From assembly GCF_003704095.1 (NCBI RefSeq), contig NW_020845410.1:620001-684000 (forward strand): 64,000 nucleotides of DNA. The letters run 5' to 3'. Position numbers and translations under genes: made by a program. This document shows, piece after piece, positions 22,401 through 35,656 of this stretch (the stretch's first letter is position 1; each line of letters opens with the position of its first letter). Origin of the DNA: Pocillopora damicornis. Taxonomy: Eukaryota. The notes below the pieces were generated by a model that worked only from the letters and a program-made list of their open reading frames with translations, was not told the DNA's origin and did not search any database.

Positions 22401-25400
22401 TCAAGTCAAAAGGCGTGCTGTCTAACAACGAATATCAGGAAATATGTAAATAAAAACATTTTGTCAGGTTTCAATTTCTTTTGCGACTATCGGCACTTGT
22501 ATTTGGCACGCTAAAGGCTAATATTGACAAGGAATTCGAAGGGTTCATTTGGTGAAAGTTCATTGAATGAAAATTGAAAAACGTATCAGGAAACTATCAA
22601 ATACAACTTTTCGATCACCTTATGTTAATATTTTGTCTTCCCAGTTTTGAGTTCACAATCAAGCATTTTACAAGCTGTAAGTAGCAATTTTCGCGTAACA
22701 ATCGAAGTTTGTTGAAAGATCCATGGTAAACAACAAACCATGTGGCTGTGCTATTCTTTTATTTAATGAAGTGAAGAAGAAAACAGTTTTCAGGTAGGTA
22801 TTTGCAAGGAGTGAATTTGCCATACGTCTGTAATCGAGCAGAAGGGGTTAAATAAATTATGACCGTCCCATTTTAATGCATCGAGTACCCAACTGCAAAA
22901 AGAAAAAAACCTTAATCACGTTAAAAAAAAGAAAGAATTGGAAAGTTTTCAAGCTCCTCAAGCTGTTGTTCTAATTCTGTTTCCCTTTTCTCTCCATCCA
23001 ACCACGTTAACCCCGTGTAATTCCACGGCGAAATGAGTTCAGTTACATTTTGAAAGGCCTGGGAAGCAAAAAAATGCATAACTGTGTTAAAAATTACTTG
23101 CTCTTTTCACTAACGTCAAACAATGTCTTCATTTTTCAAATGTGATTCTCTGGTTCTGGAAAAAAAAATTATTTTATGTTGCATAGTTGCAGAGTAACGG
23201 GGACACCATGTATGTTTGATATCATGAGCTTGATCCGGTCTTTACTTTGAATAGTTTATTTTCTGTGCATTTCTCAGAGTAAATCTGAAATTTGAAATTA
23301 GGAAGGTCATAAGGAAGGTCATTTATTTGAATTTTGGATATAATTCAAAGTGTAAATATCACAAGAATTTTCTCGAGTTTTTTAATAATTAATCTTGAGT
23401 TTAGAAAATATAATACTCAGATACCGACTGTTAGTTCATTGACATGATCTTTATACGCAAAGATCTTTTTTGAGCTAAATAAATTTTCTGTTTTTCTTAT
23501 TTCTCTTCGGGAACATCGGTTTTAACATAATCGGTTGCCGTCAAATTTTACCACAAGCGCTGAATGTTTATTCTCATGTTTGTACCTTAGGCGAAATTAT
23601 CATCGGGATACCGCTTTAACAAACACATCTTTGCGATATTACTTTCAGGATCTTAGATAAACAATGCAGGTGCCGATGTTGAAACAAAAGCCTCGTCGCC
23701 AAATCAATCAACAAAAAAAAATTGATAAAAAAGTTGCGCTGGTGAGAGGAATTGAAATTAACGATCAGTCTGGGAAGACTTGAAATAAACCATAACTGCG
23801 ACCTTCAGAGAGAGCTGAAAACGCAAAAGTAAGTTTCTCTGATAATGACTGAGTGCCTTGTATTCCAAAACAAAAACTTTGAAATTTAAATTAAAAATCT
23901 ATTGGTGGGAAAATGAATACTTGCTATTTTTAAAGTAAGAATTCTTGATATGTATAATTCTGAAGTTTCCCGCGCCAATCTCAATTTTAGGGTGTACACA
24001 TTGAAACAAATAACCTTCAAATTGCCGAAACCGCTCGATACAACTTACTAAATGCTGTATCTTTCGAGCGCCAATGATTGGCGAAATTCGTACCAGGTTA
24101 AAAATTGAATTCATCAAAAAATCTCATTTTCGGTGTTTTAATTTAAAAGCTTAGACAAAACACGATTTACAAAAATGTCACTCATATCCGTTATAATCAA
24201 TCATTAGTTACAGTTTTACGTTAAATCTTTACATAAAGAAAACGAAAAAATTTTTTAAATGTTTCATGTCAGTGAACCTGCTATCAGTCATTCATATGAA
24301 ACTATACCGGATAATTTTATCGTTAACTCAGGCTGGTACTCTAAGATCAAATTTTAAGGCCGAAGAGTTACCCCGCCTCGAAAAGTGAGTTCAAAGTAAA
24401 TAACTTTTGCAATCCTTGAGAAATAATAGCCCGCTGAATTAGCAATGAAATTTATAATATTCAGTGACGTGCTTTTCGTAATTCTTCAGAGTGACTTTTC
24501 AGCATTTCCAATTATCAAACTAAATGCTCAAAAGGTATCCACCGGCGTAAATAATAAAAGTGATACTACAGGCATTAATGGCAGGGCTCTAAAACGCCTC
24601 TTTTATTCTATATTGGCAAGTTTTTTGGGGAGTAATCTTCACGAATAAGTTTTGTTGAAAAATTAAACGTTTTCCTTTCAGGTAGAAACAGTCGTCGTGG
24701 AACAAAAACAAAATGCCCTTAAGATTGAAATGCAAATTTTGCGCAACGTGCATTGCTTTCTGTAAACAATAAGTAGATTCATTACCTTCCGTAAATCAAT
24801 AACCCACATAAAACTTTTTAAGTAGTATCACACCCTAAGGAAAGTCCCATAATAGGGAATTTTTAACAACGGCCACCACAGCCCTTACATAGGGTCTGAG
24901 AGGAAACCATTGAAATTTTTTTAAGAACGACATTTTTTCCGCTTAATTGTAAAACAGCGGGTTCCGATTTCCCAGGTAATCTTAAATAATTCGAAAGAAT
25001 GAACGCGCTTACCCCTTTTTTCGCTTTTCATGTTTAACGTGCTGGAACTAGACACGTTATAATGAAGACACATTCCACTTAGATTTATAACTAGCGGTGA
25101 GAAAGCTGCCTCTGTTATTTGGTTGAAATAACGCTTTAACCGAAAACCTTAGGGCTTTTTTTTTCATTACCAACAGCTGCCAGCAAGAAGGAATTGAGTG
25201 GAATCAACTTAGTTACCACAGAATCCTACGCGCTAACAGAAGGAAACGGCCGCGAGAACTGACACTAAAAGAACAGCTGTAAACAATTCTGGTGAGTTTT
25301 TTTCTTCCCTGCCTATTGAGAGTTAAATGAGAGCTGTTAATTCGTTAAGTCGCTCAGGGAAAATATGAAAGGCATTAAAGTCGCTCGGCATATTCTGGGA

Positions 25401-26036
25401 CCCTTCGAGATTTTTCAGCTAACTATTATAAACCACAAAATTCCATTTAGACCTTTTTGCTAGAATCAAATTTTCTACCTCAGTTATCGACTCGTGTGTT
25501 GATTGCCTGATCAATTCGACTATAAGCGTCATTTGGGGAATATTTATCATTTCTTTGGCGGCTTTTTTTTGAAAACTTTAAATAAATTTACACGAAAATG
25601 ACAAGTGAACGCAAATTTGAAAACTGGTGGTTGCGAAAAAATTAACCAAAATCTATGCATACCATGCATAAAAAAACATTCCGCACCACTGAACTAAATT
25701 ATCTCATTAGTCACTTTCTCGCTCAAAGAGCTATTTTTCTTCTATTAAAGGATCTTCAGCTTAGTAGAGGATACATCCCTTTAAACGCATTACTGCAATC
25801 ATGAAATATCTGATAATTACAAAACCTGCGATCAATCAATCGTGAAATGAAAGGTTTTAGAATGAACCGAATTGGGTTTTTTCCTATTTAATTATCGGTA
25901 ATTATTTTGTGTTTTAAAGGTAAAATCAATCTTACGTAGGTGCTGTCATCGAAAGTCAGAATAAGGTACGGTAGAAACCCACAAAGAAACACATCGGCTC
26001 ATAAGCAACGGGGGAAAATTACCGTGCGCTGCGGGA

Positions 26037-26128
26037 ATGTCGAACAACACGGAAGCCGAGATGACGAGCTCTATCGAGCAAAACGTTAGCCTAGGTTTCT
26101 ACATCGCCATCATTGTAACTGGTTTAAT
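26037..26128 (+). CDS. 5' fragment of a second class A GPCR paralog (rest lost in gap 26129-26228)
   Basis: MSNNTEAEMTSSIEQNVSLGFYIAIIVTGL is nearly identical to the N-terminus of the minus-strand GPCR at 28606. About 240 bp of upstream sequence is also homologous. Confidence 0.6.
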
Positions 26129-27371
26129 NNNNNNNNNNNNNNNNNNNNNNNNNNNNNNNNNNNNNNNNNNNNNNNNNNNNNNNNNNNNNNNNNNNNNNNN
26201 NNNNNNNNNNNNNNNNNNNNNNNNNNNNCGAGAAATGTCTGTTGAAATATAAGGCCTTAGCAATTTTGATTTAGAATGATACATTTTCACTAAACAAAGT
26301 CTTTTGGATACAAGCAGTGATTTTCGTCGTAGAGACTTATTATTGTCAAATAAGAATAAATAACACCAGTGCAATGGATATTTCAATCGATAGCACGTGT
26401 TCAAAGTACTTTAATATCCGTGAGAGAACAATATTGTGGATGGTCAACTTAAGTCACCGTCCAAATATTTCACATCTAATTACTTTTGTCAGATCAAATA
26501 TGAGTCTCTTCTACATTTTTCCCTATCTGGTTTAGCACCCGTTGCAAATATTTCCAATGTAAGTACTCTGATAATAAACGAGAGCGTTTGCGTCAAGTGA
26601 AATTGGTTAAAAGAAACTTACTTTTGGGAAATCAAAAGCAAGCAGCACTTCTGGCCGGCGACCTAGAAATTCTTCATTTATTCCTTACTCAGGTGACAGG
26701 GTTCACTCACTCTAATTCCTGTCGAGAGGAGGACCCAGGGAATGAGGCAATGAAGGGTGGGGGGGAGGGAGGGGCACAGTATGAAATACACAGTGGTGCG
26801 GGTACGGGTTTTCACAGCCAAAAACCCGCCCAAGTGGAGTAATACTGGCATGCAGTCGCTTTAAGCTGAGGACATGGGAATAACCTGTGTTATACTCGTT
26901 TGTAGACATTATATACAGTGTGGTCTTTCGGGCCTCAAAGCTAGTCCACAGGGGCTAGATTTGGCCTCCGCCATTTACCCCTTGAAGTAAAAGCTGTTAT
27001 TTGAGGTGGACTGTTTAGGAATGCATCTCAAGGGGTGCCCCGATCTAAAAAAGACAATGGACGCAGGTACATTGCGTTGCTAATTGTAAGAGAATCGGTT
27101 CTCTGTCTCAATCTGAGATATGTTTTATTATCACCGGTACTGATCTATATCCTCGGGTGAGTACAAATAGGCTGTGCTGAGAGAATAAAATTCCTGACAA
27201 AGAACAGAACACAATAACCCGGCCAGATCCTCGACCCAGACTCCTCGTCCCAGAGTCTTGCGCGAGCCATTAGACCTCTGCGTCCCTCACAAGAGATACC
27301 GCTGAACAGACACCATTTTAAGACTAATCAATTTGTCCTTGAGTGGTTCCCATATGCGTACTTTGAATGTC

Positions 27372-28606
27372 TCAAAGTTTTGTGTTGTACTCGTTCTGAT
27401 CCGGCATCATTTCAACTACGTCTTTGCAATTGGGTGGTTTTGTTCTGTTGGTTTCAGGCGATAAAATCCCATCTGGGCTCTCCAAATCGTCGTTGCGACG
27501 TACAACNNNNNNNNNNNNNNNNNNNNNNNNNNNNNNNNNNNNNNNNNNNNNNNNNNNNNNNNNNNNNNNNNNNNNNNNNNNNNNNNNNNNNNNNNNNNNN
27601 NNNNNNNNNNNNNNNNNNNNNNNNNNNNNNNNNNNNNNNNNNNNNNNNNNNNNNNNNNNNNNNNNNNNNNNNNNNNNNNNNNNNNNNNNNNNNNNNNNNN
27701 NNNNNNNNNNNNNNNNNNNNNNNNNNNNNNNNNNNNNNNNNNNNNNNNNNNNNNNNNNNNNNNNNNNNNNNNNNNNNNNNNNNNNNNNNNNNNNNNNNNN
27801 NNNNNNNNNNNNNNNNNNNNNNNNNNNNNNNNNNNNNNNNNNNNNNNNNNNNNNNNNNNNNNNNNNNNNNNNNNNNNNNNNNNNNNNNNNNNNNNNNNNN
27901 NNNNNNNNNNNNNNNNNNNNNNNNNNNNNNNNNNNNNNNNNNNNNNNNNNNNNNNNNNNNNNNNNNNNNNNNNNNNNNNNNNNNNNNNNNNNNNNNNNNN
28001 NNNNNNNNNNNNNNNNNNNNNNNNNNNNNNNNNNNNNNNNNNNNNNNNNNNAAGCGGAATAACAAACTGAAGAATGAAAAGAGCCAGTGTGTAGGCTTTG
28101 CGATGATTCAGTGATGGCCATTCCTCGTTACATCGCCCGTTTTTCGATTTTGTGACAATAGACAAAGGCAGCACGATAATTAATGAAGAGAGCCAGATAG
28201 CAGCGATCCACAGGTAACCACTTCGTTTTTTCATTTTGGGTTTGTACGGATTTGTAATCAGCCTGCAGCGATGGATTGCCATGGAAGAGATGGTGAAGAT
28301 ACTCAAGAAATAAAAGATTGTCAACAAAGGCTGAACAAGTCGACAATAATAGACAGTTTTGTAAATGATGTTGATATACCCCTCGTAAATAAGGATTGGC
28401 ATGTAAAAGATGATGAACGACAAGTCGGCAATGCCAAGATTCAAAATAAACAGATCATATATGGACCTTTTGCTCCTCTTGCCAGAAATGACAGCGATCA
28501 CCAAACTATTGCCCATTAAACCAGTTACAATGATGGCGATGTAGAAACCTAGGCTAACGTTTTGCTCGGTGGAGCTCGTCATCTCGGCTTCCGTGTTGTT
28601 CGACAT
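27372..28606 (-). CDS. Rhodopsin-like (class A) peptide-receptor-type GPCR, apparently intronless, middle in gap
   Basis: TM1 GLMGNSLVI, TM2 FILNLGIADL, TM3 C...SMAIHRC, TM4 W...P, ECL2 CNEEWP and TM5 LQFVIP are visible. The probable C-tail VVRRNDDLESPDG...NTKL* lies after the gap. Confidence 0.85.
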
Positions 28607-30438
28607 TCCCGCAGCGCACGGTAATCTTGCCCCGTTGCTTCTGAGCCGATGTGTTTCTTTGTGGGTTTCTATCGTATCTTATTGTGACTTCGATAACAGT
28701 ACCTACGTAAGGTTGATTTTACCCCTAAGACACAAAATTATTACCTGTAATTAGCTAGGAAAAAACTCAATGCGGTTCTAGAACGTTTCATTTCACGATT
28801 GATTGATCGCAGGTCAGGTAATTATCAGATATTTCATGATTGCTCTAAACGTTTTGTTCAGTAGAGCTCGTTACCTTAGCTTCCGTGTTGTTCGACATTC
28901 CTGCAGCGCACGGAAATTTCCCTCTTTTTTTTTAAATAAACTCCGGTGTGCTCCTTTTCGGCTTACTCCGGCTAAAGAATGCTCCACTGTTCTTTTCCAC
29001 TGTTACTTTACCACTGTTACTGTACGGAAGTTAAGTGTTCCATTTAAGACGAAAGCGCCTATGTTTCAAATTAGCAGTCCACATCAAAAGCGATCATCTA
29101 AAATTATTAAGAAATGCGCTTTCCAGCAACTAAACCAACAGGTGACAATTAATTCTCGAGTCCGTTTCACCGGGGACAATTCAAACTTTAGAATAGACTG
29201 TTAGGTCCGCTAGCAGACCCGCTCTTGAAGATCTCGATCGCTTAGCAAGGGTAAAGAGAGATAAGGCAAAACCGGAGAAAGAAGACAGAGAGAGATTCTG
29301 ACCGACTTTTTGACAGGCTTCCTCTCTGGTGCCGACGTGATGTCTCTTACAACGTTGGAGACTAATTTTATCGCCAAGCATTTATATAAAGCATATCAAA
29401 TATTTATGATGGGATCTTAATTCGTGTTCATCCATCTGTCGGATACTCATTACACCAAAAACCCCAAAACCGTCAGGAAATGCCAAAATTGCGGTGAAAA
29501 CAATTCACAATTTACTCTGTCAACAAAATTATTTGAACTCAGGTTCGCTATCGACGCAATATTTTTCACAACTACATCTTCAAGTGCTGCGGTAAAAATT
29601 TGCATATGACTCCTCTTAGTTGACCGAGTACCAGAAAAATATTCACAACGCGCACCCTGATTGGTCAGAAATCTATTTTCTCCCAAAATTAACGTCATCG
29701 CGTTGTTATCAACTTACCATCTCAGGGAAATTAAAATGCAAAAAAACAAGAATGCTCTTGAGCAGAAAAGGTGGATTTAACGCTACCTGCAACGCCTTGA
29801 CCAAACTCAGCGACAAAAAATGAAACAAAAATGCCTCAAAGGACGGTTACTTTTTTCAGTGTGCCAAGCTTTATGTTCGAAGTTGAACTTTACAGAAAGG
29901 AAGTCTTTACATCGCTTCCTAGGTGATAAACATCACTAATTTACTTGCTTCCTCTGCCACAAAAAATTGTTTTCGACTCAATTTCGCCCAGCTGACGGCA
30001 CCTTTTGTCAATTTGTTATGACGTACAAACTTGCTAAATAAATTTTCTCTGCGTGTTTTAAAGTACCAATTTAATCTTTGAGGCACAAATGCAAAGTTTT
30101 TCATTCTATCTGACTGGTCATTATCTCTGCATGGCAAAAAAAAGAAATAAATTTGAGAATACATGGATTACACGCCAAGCACAACGGCTTTAACAACAAG
30201 GAGTGAAACAAAAGATGTTCAAAGGACGAGTCATATGTTCTAGAGGTGCCGAGCGTTTTATTGAAATACTTAGTTTTATCGAAAGGAAGTCAATGTCAAT
30301 GACATGTTTGCTTCGTGACATTTTTTATGATCAAAATACCGAATAACAGCCTCTCTGACAAAATAGCAGACAAGGTAATGTTTGCATTTACTTAACAAGA
30401 AGTTATGAATAATATCAAACCGTTGCCCCAGCTAAAAA

Positions 30439-30808
30439 TAGAGACCTTTAGCAGTTATGACAACAACGCCAAGGAGGACGTCAATTTAAAAATTAACACA
30501 TATTTTCAGTTGGAATTTCGTGAGTGACTGGATGTGCTTACCGTCTCTTATGGCGCCGCAAGTTAACCTCAGCATAACGTATAAGAGCAGCGTTGAGTTT
30601 CAAATGGAAACTTAAATAATCTGCCGTCGGGGTTTCCTTTCTCGGACCACGCAAATTTTGATGATTTCACGTTGTTATTTTGCAGAGGACGGCTAAGAAA
30701 TGTACACAGTTTTAAAACGCACGTGCTGAGCTATTGTTCTGCTCTTTAGATCTTTTGTTTTGTCACGTCCTTGTTTCAGTCGCCGTCGTGGTTTGCTAGA
30801 GGTCCCTA
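30439..30808. mobile_element. Non-autonomous DNA element (MITE) with short TIRs
   Basis: The ends tagagacctttagca and tgctagaggtcccta are inverted repeats. Confidence 0.55.
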
Positions 30809-31250
30809 ATAATCATAAAACGGAAGTGTTACAGATCATCATACTTTTAGTTCAAGGAAAATTCTACAATTTGTAAGTTACGTGGTCATTTATGTTTCAG
30901 TTAATCAAAGATGGAAGGATTTCCAAGCTGTCAGTGGCCAATTACATGCCTTCAACAAAAATAACAAAGCTTGACCGTTTATAGGGCGAATAACTTAAAA
31001 TGTTGGCAAAGCAATGGAAATTCGTACCGTTTGGGACGTTGCTAGGGGGGCGTAAGGGCACGAACGACCACTTTCGCTGTCAAGAAAAAGTTTAAATTTA
31101 TTGTTTATATTACAACCTGCCATCCTTTCTGACGCTAGAAGAACACTTGTGTAGTGATCACTGTGAACAATTTTGCGTACTCCCCTTGTATTTTTTCCTG
31201 GTGCGTCTTATCTAACAACCTAAGCATTATTCGGTTCACACTGCAGTGTT

Positions 31251-34200
31251 TCATTCACTGCTTTCTTGCTCTGAGTTTGATTTCTCCCCATCTCCCTCTC
31301 TTTTGATTTCTACCCTGATCAGACCAGTGGACAATGCGTACAGTGTCATGACCAGTGTAGCAAAACCAATGGCCAACCATTTATTACGCCGCTCAGATGA
31401 GTCCGAGTCATCCTGACCGTATGGCGATGAAGACGGTTGTTGTTGTTCTGATAGTTGAAAAGGAAAACAGCAAATAAATCTCCTACATCAAATATTTTTT
31501 CGCCACAAGCGGTCAAGGCTTTAAGGGAGCCATTTAAATTTAAATACCATATTTCATCGAATAAGCGCCTACGCTCTAATAGCCCCCCCCCCCCTCCCGT
31601 GTAAGCACCTACCCCTAGGCCATAATATCAAACAAACGCCCTTCTCAGATAAGCGCCCCCCTCCTTCTCACTTTCTAAAATAGTAGGGATTCAAGGAAAA
31701 CCTGTTTCTATTGCCGCTTTATTTATAACTTTTAAAGCTTCGACTACAGCGAAATCCGTACAGGAGAATAATAAATGCCCTCCTTCCAATAAGAGCCTCT
31801 CCTTTGAGCCGAAATTTTAAATAAGCGCCTGGGCGCTTATTCGAGGAAATATCTTATCTCAAGGTCTTAAAGACTAAAAGTTGGAAGAAAGTGACAAACA
31901 GTACCCTTTTTATTACAATTAAGAATGACGTAGTTGTCTTTTGTTTGCTCGCCTCTAGTTCTCGGGCCTATGCACAATCGCTTGATAAAACCGACCTTTC
32001 AACTCGTTCGCTAAAAGTCGTTTTATCTTAATACCGCTAAGTGCCGCTTCGAGTAATCATTTTCCTGAGGCTGGTTTCAGTTCAGGAAACTCTCTACTTC
32101 AAACTTCCCATAAAAGATACCGTCGTGTTTCTCCAAAATGAAAAAAAAAAACGACCAATTTTGTTTACAAGTCTGTGATTTCCATTAGTTGTTAATTTTT
32201 GCCACCCGTAACCGAAAAATGCTTCCCTCTTACCATTTACTTCTCCCGGGAAGTAGCGCTGTAATATTCGTCCACAGAACGTACACAAATTGTCATATCC
32301 TTGTAGATAGTTATACAGTTTTTTATTTGGTAATGGGGCTTTCCAGATCACTGCAAGATGAGCAAATACCACAGCATCAAGGGTGGTTGGACTGTAAGGA
32401 ACAAAAGATTTTTTATGTTAACCCTTTAATCACTAGAAGTGATCAACATGCAAATTTCAAAACACTATCCTACAAACAGGCAATGAGAATTTACATACTT
32501 ATCAGCTAAAGGGTGACTCTCCTATCCTGATGTAAAGCCAAATTCTCTTCATTCATTTACAAGGAAATATACAGCAAGTAGCCAGGAGAACAACAAATAT
32601 ATTTTGAGTTACCTGTCACCAAAAAAAAACTCCTTTCCATCCAGCATTGTGGATAACAGTTTTAGACATTCCAAAGCATCTTTGAAAAGCTGAGAGACAA
32701 AACCAAAGCCAAAATAATTCTCACATTAAAACTGCTCTGAGAAACATAGAAAACATCATATGAAGCTTGTGTTGAAGAAGCATTTAAAGCCATTTAGATA
32801 TGAGGTGGAGTGTGTACTCAAGCCCAGTCTCTGTAACATGGAACGTATGAGTATTGTACCTCCCCCCAGATAGGAAGTTAATCAAACATAGCTTATTCCC
32901 AAGAACTCCATCAGGTTACCCTGACAGTTAAGCAGTGCCTGTTTGTATTCCTAGCTGGAGAGAGGCATTGTGACAGTAAAGTGTCTTGCTAGGAACATAA
33001 CATAATGACCCAACCAGCTCTGAAACCCACACCAATCCACTCCAATAGCAGCAATCTGCTGCTTCTCCACTTTGAAGCTGTGTGGAAAGCTGGTAATTGT
33101 GTAAATGTTTTGGTACAGTATATATTCAAAAAAGCATTAGTAAGGCCACTTTAGATTTGGAGAACAGAGCAAGCTAAGAAAAAGTACAAACAGTTAAATG
33201 AAAGATAATAATGATAACCCTGTATGTTTTTTTTATAAAAGAGGTACGGATTAACCCCCCCCCCCGCCCTTCTTTGCTATCCTGTTATGGACTTACTACA
33301 TCCTCTTTCACTTTTCATAGACATTTTATCTGTTAAAAGATATAAAGAAATAAAAGCAACAACATCCTTAACAGAGATTGAATTCCTGCAGACTATGACA
33401 AATTTATCATACTACTATTTTAAGGCCTACCTTATTTTCCAGTGCATCATCTGTCACCTCTGAGTGCATTTCATTTGACAGGTGCCTCCTTGTTTGTCTT
33501 GAGATGTGTCCAGGGATAAAATAGTTCAGTGGAAAAGGTAATCTTTGTGCATACCATGGACGAGTTAATTTAGTGTAATTTGTGTTATCCACCCATAATG
33601 TAAATAACTGCAAGACCAAACAAAATTTTTGTAATTAATTCACCTCAATTTAGTTTGAAATTTAATTTAAGCATCAACATGGTTTATTGATGCAACAATC
33701 ATGACTGGCATAGTTTAGAAATAGGAATCACATTTTGTACGACTTTAACCCATTACTCTTACAGAAAGTGCATATTCAACTTACAATTGCTGGGTACAAT
33801 TTGCTATGGACCAGTGAAACAAATGCAAGAGTGTCTGCTCCCTGCTTTGCCGTCAGTTGATAATCGGCATTGAAGTTCTGTGTAGGACATAAATTTTTAA
33901 AAACCATTTTTACTGACAAGTTTTTGTGAGCGGCAAATTGCAACACAAAGAAATTTGGTACTCTGTGACTACACATAAACATACTATAGCCTTATACCTA
34001 CTTTTCCTCTCAAGTAATCCATGATCTTGCTAGACGTGACGAGTACATCTTCACCAGATTTTAAAACCGGAAATTCTCCTAGAAGAAACAAATGAATTTT
34101 CTGTGAAACATGCGTATATTTCATCACTTCTCTGATCATGGACGAGCAAATCTAAAAGTAAGACATTCAGTCTATTTCAGCACCTAATAATCTTATTTGG

Positions 34201-34456
34201 AATCGATAGTTACTGGTTCCGACTATCTCTAGAGTTAAAGTCCTCACCTATGGAAGATTTCCAAGGGTTGTTACATCGATTGACGTTTAACGGGCATTCA
34301 GCAAATTTAGCGTAGGCCTATAACAAAAATGGAGAAGCTAAGAAATGGTATTATAGATCTGGGCGTAAAGGAAGGCAGTTTACCAACCAAAACCTCCAAA
34401 CAGCAGACGTCCACCGATGGGAGATTCCAATCGCCGGACCAAGACAGAACCTCCAT
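31251..34456 (-). CDS. MTX1: Metaxin-1-like mitochondrial outer membrane protein, ~8 exons
   Basis: Exons read MEVLSWSGDWNLPSVDVCCLEVL / AYAKFAECPL...NNPWKS / GEFPVLKSG...IMDYLRGK / NFNADYQLTAKQGADTLAF / LFTLWVD...TRPWYAQRLPFPLNYFIPG / LFKDALECL...FFFGD / PTTLDAVVFAHLA / and a last exon with a C-terminal TM (WLAIGFATLVMTLYALSTGLI), the anchor typical of metaxin-1. Confidence 0.9.
31545..31852. mobile_element. Tc1/mariner-type MITE in the last metaxin intron
   Basis: TIRs taccatatttcatcgaataagcgcc and ggcgcttattcgaggaaatat, with internal aataagcgcc-like repeats. Confidence 0.6.
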
Positions 34457-35656
34457 TTTGAATTTAGTACAGATTCCCCAGCATTCTCTTTGTTCCTTGT
34501 TTCGGCGGAAGACTGGATATGATATTACTGAACTAGTACCCAGGTGGTGCTCTGTAACTGGCGAGACTGAAGATTTTGTTTGCGTAACTTTCGAGTCATT
34601 AATTCAGTTAGGGTTCGTAAATTTTCGTCGGCTCCGTGGTGAAAAGTTCTCAGCTGACTTTTTGAAACCCGCTATAGCCACGATTATTTGTTTGTTTTCT
34701 TCGGGAACTGATTAGAGTCAGACAGAATTCTACTTTATTTTTTTCAGGGAGGGGAGGGCGGAAGGTGCTTGTGGAAGCGAGATGGGGATATAGCAAAGTA
34801 ATTCGTCTCTGTTTGTTGCAATTAACCTTTTATAACGGTTTAATAGCACTGGCGCACCAAATATGCTTAACCAGTTTGGGAATTGCAAGGATTTTCCTTT
34901 TGGAAAATGATCAACACAAGAACTTGATTGACAGGTGGTCAGTTTATTCATACTGCAGACAAAAACTGCATGGTCAACCTACTGCATACAAAATCTCACC
35001 TCAATGAATACATCTTAAAAAGAAAAGACTCCAAGTTTTACTGGCAAACCAGAAAAGTACAAAACATACAAGATATTTTAGAAAAGAAGAAAAGTGAAAA
35101 TGTTAGAGAAAAATATTTTCCAGTCTGCCCTTTAGAAAAGTTAAGGAAATTCCACGCACAAATTGCATTCAAGTACTTGACCTGTTCACCTTGTCTCATA
35201 AGATAAATCTTTGAGCAGGTCCTTTAAAACTTTCCCTTTCAGAAAAATGCACACAATGTATCACTGGAATGCATCAACACCACCATCTTTTAAAGCCCCA
35301 CACAAAATATATTATTCTTGTTCTAAAAATTAAGTTTAATGAACAAAATGTTTAGGCTGCTGTTATGATAAAAGCTTTAGAAGCCCTTGTACACTGAAGA
35401 TTTCATTCAAAATAAATACAATGGAAACGTAGTTTACCTTAAGCAGAATGTGATGATAGAATGTAGACAATCAATTGGAGTATTGAAAATTTGGGTTAAA
35501 AAATTGTACTACAAACAGGTTTTACAAATAAAAAAGTACTTTGGCAAGTTCTTTTTCTACACAAAAAGATATAGCTCATAATTTTATTTTGTTCTTCAAA
35601 CTGAAGGACTGACTAAAAAGCTCAAAATCAGTTGTTACAATTGAAAAGTTGTAGCA

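Noticed and set aside
27380-28114. Long ORFs spanning N runs (also near 10.8, 14.7, 26.2 and 44 kb)
   Set aside because: These are artefacts of translating assembly gaps.
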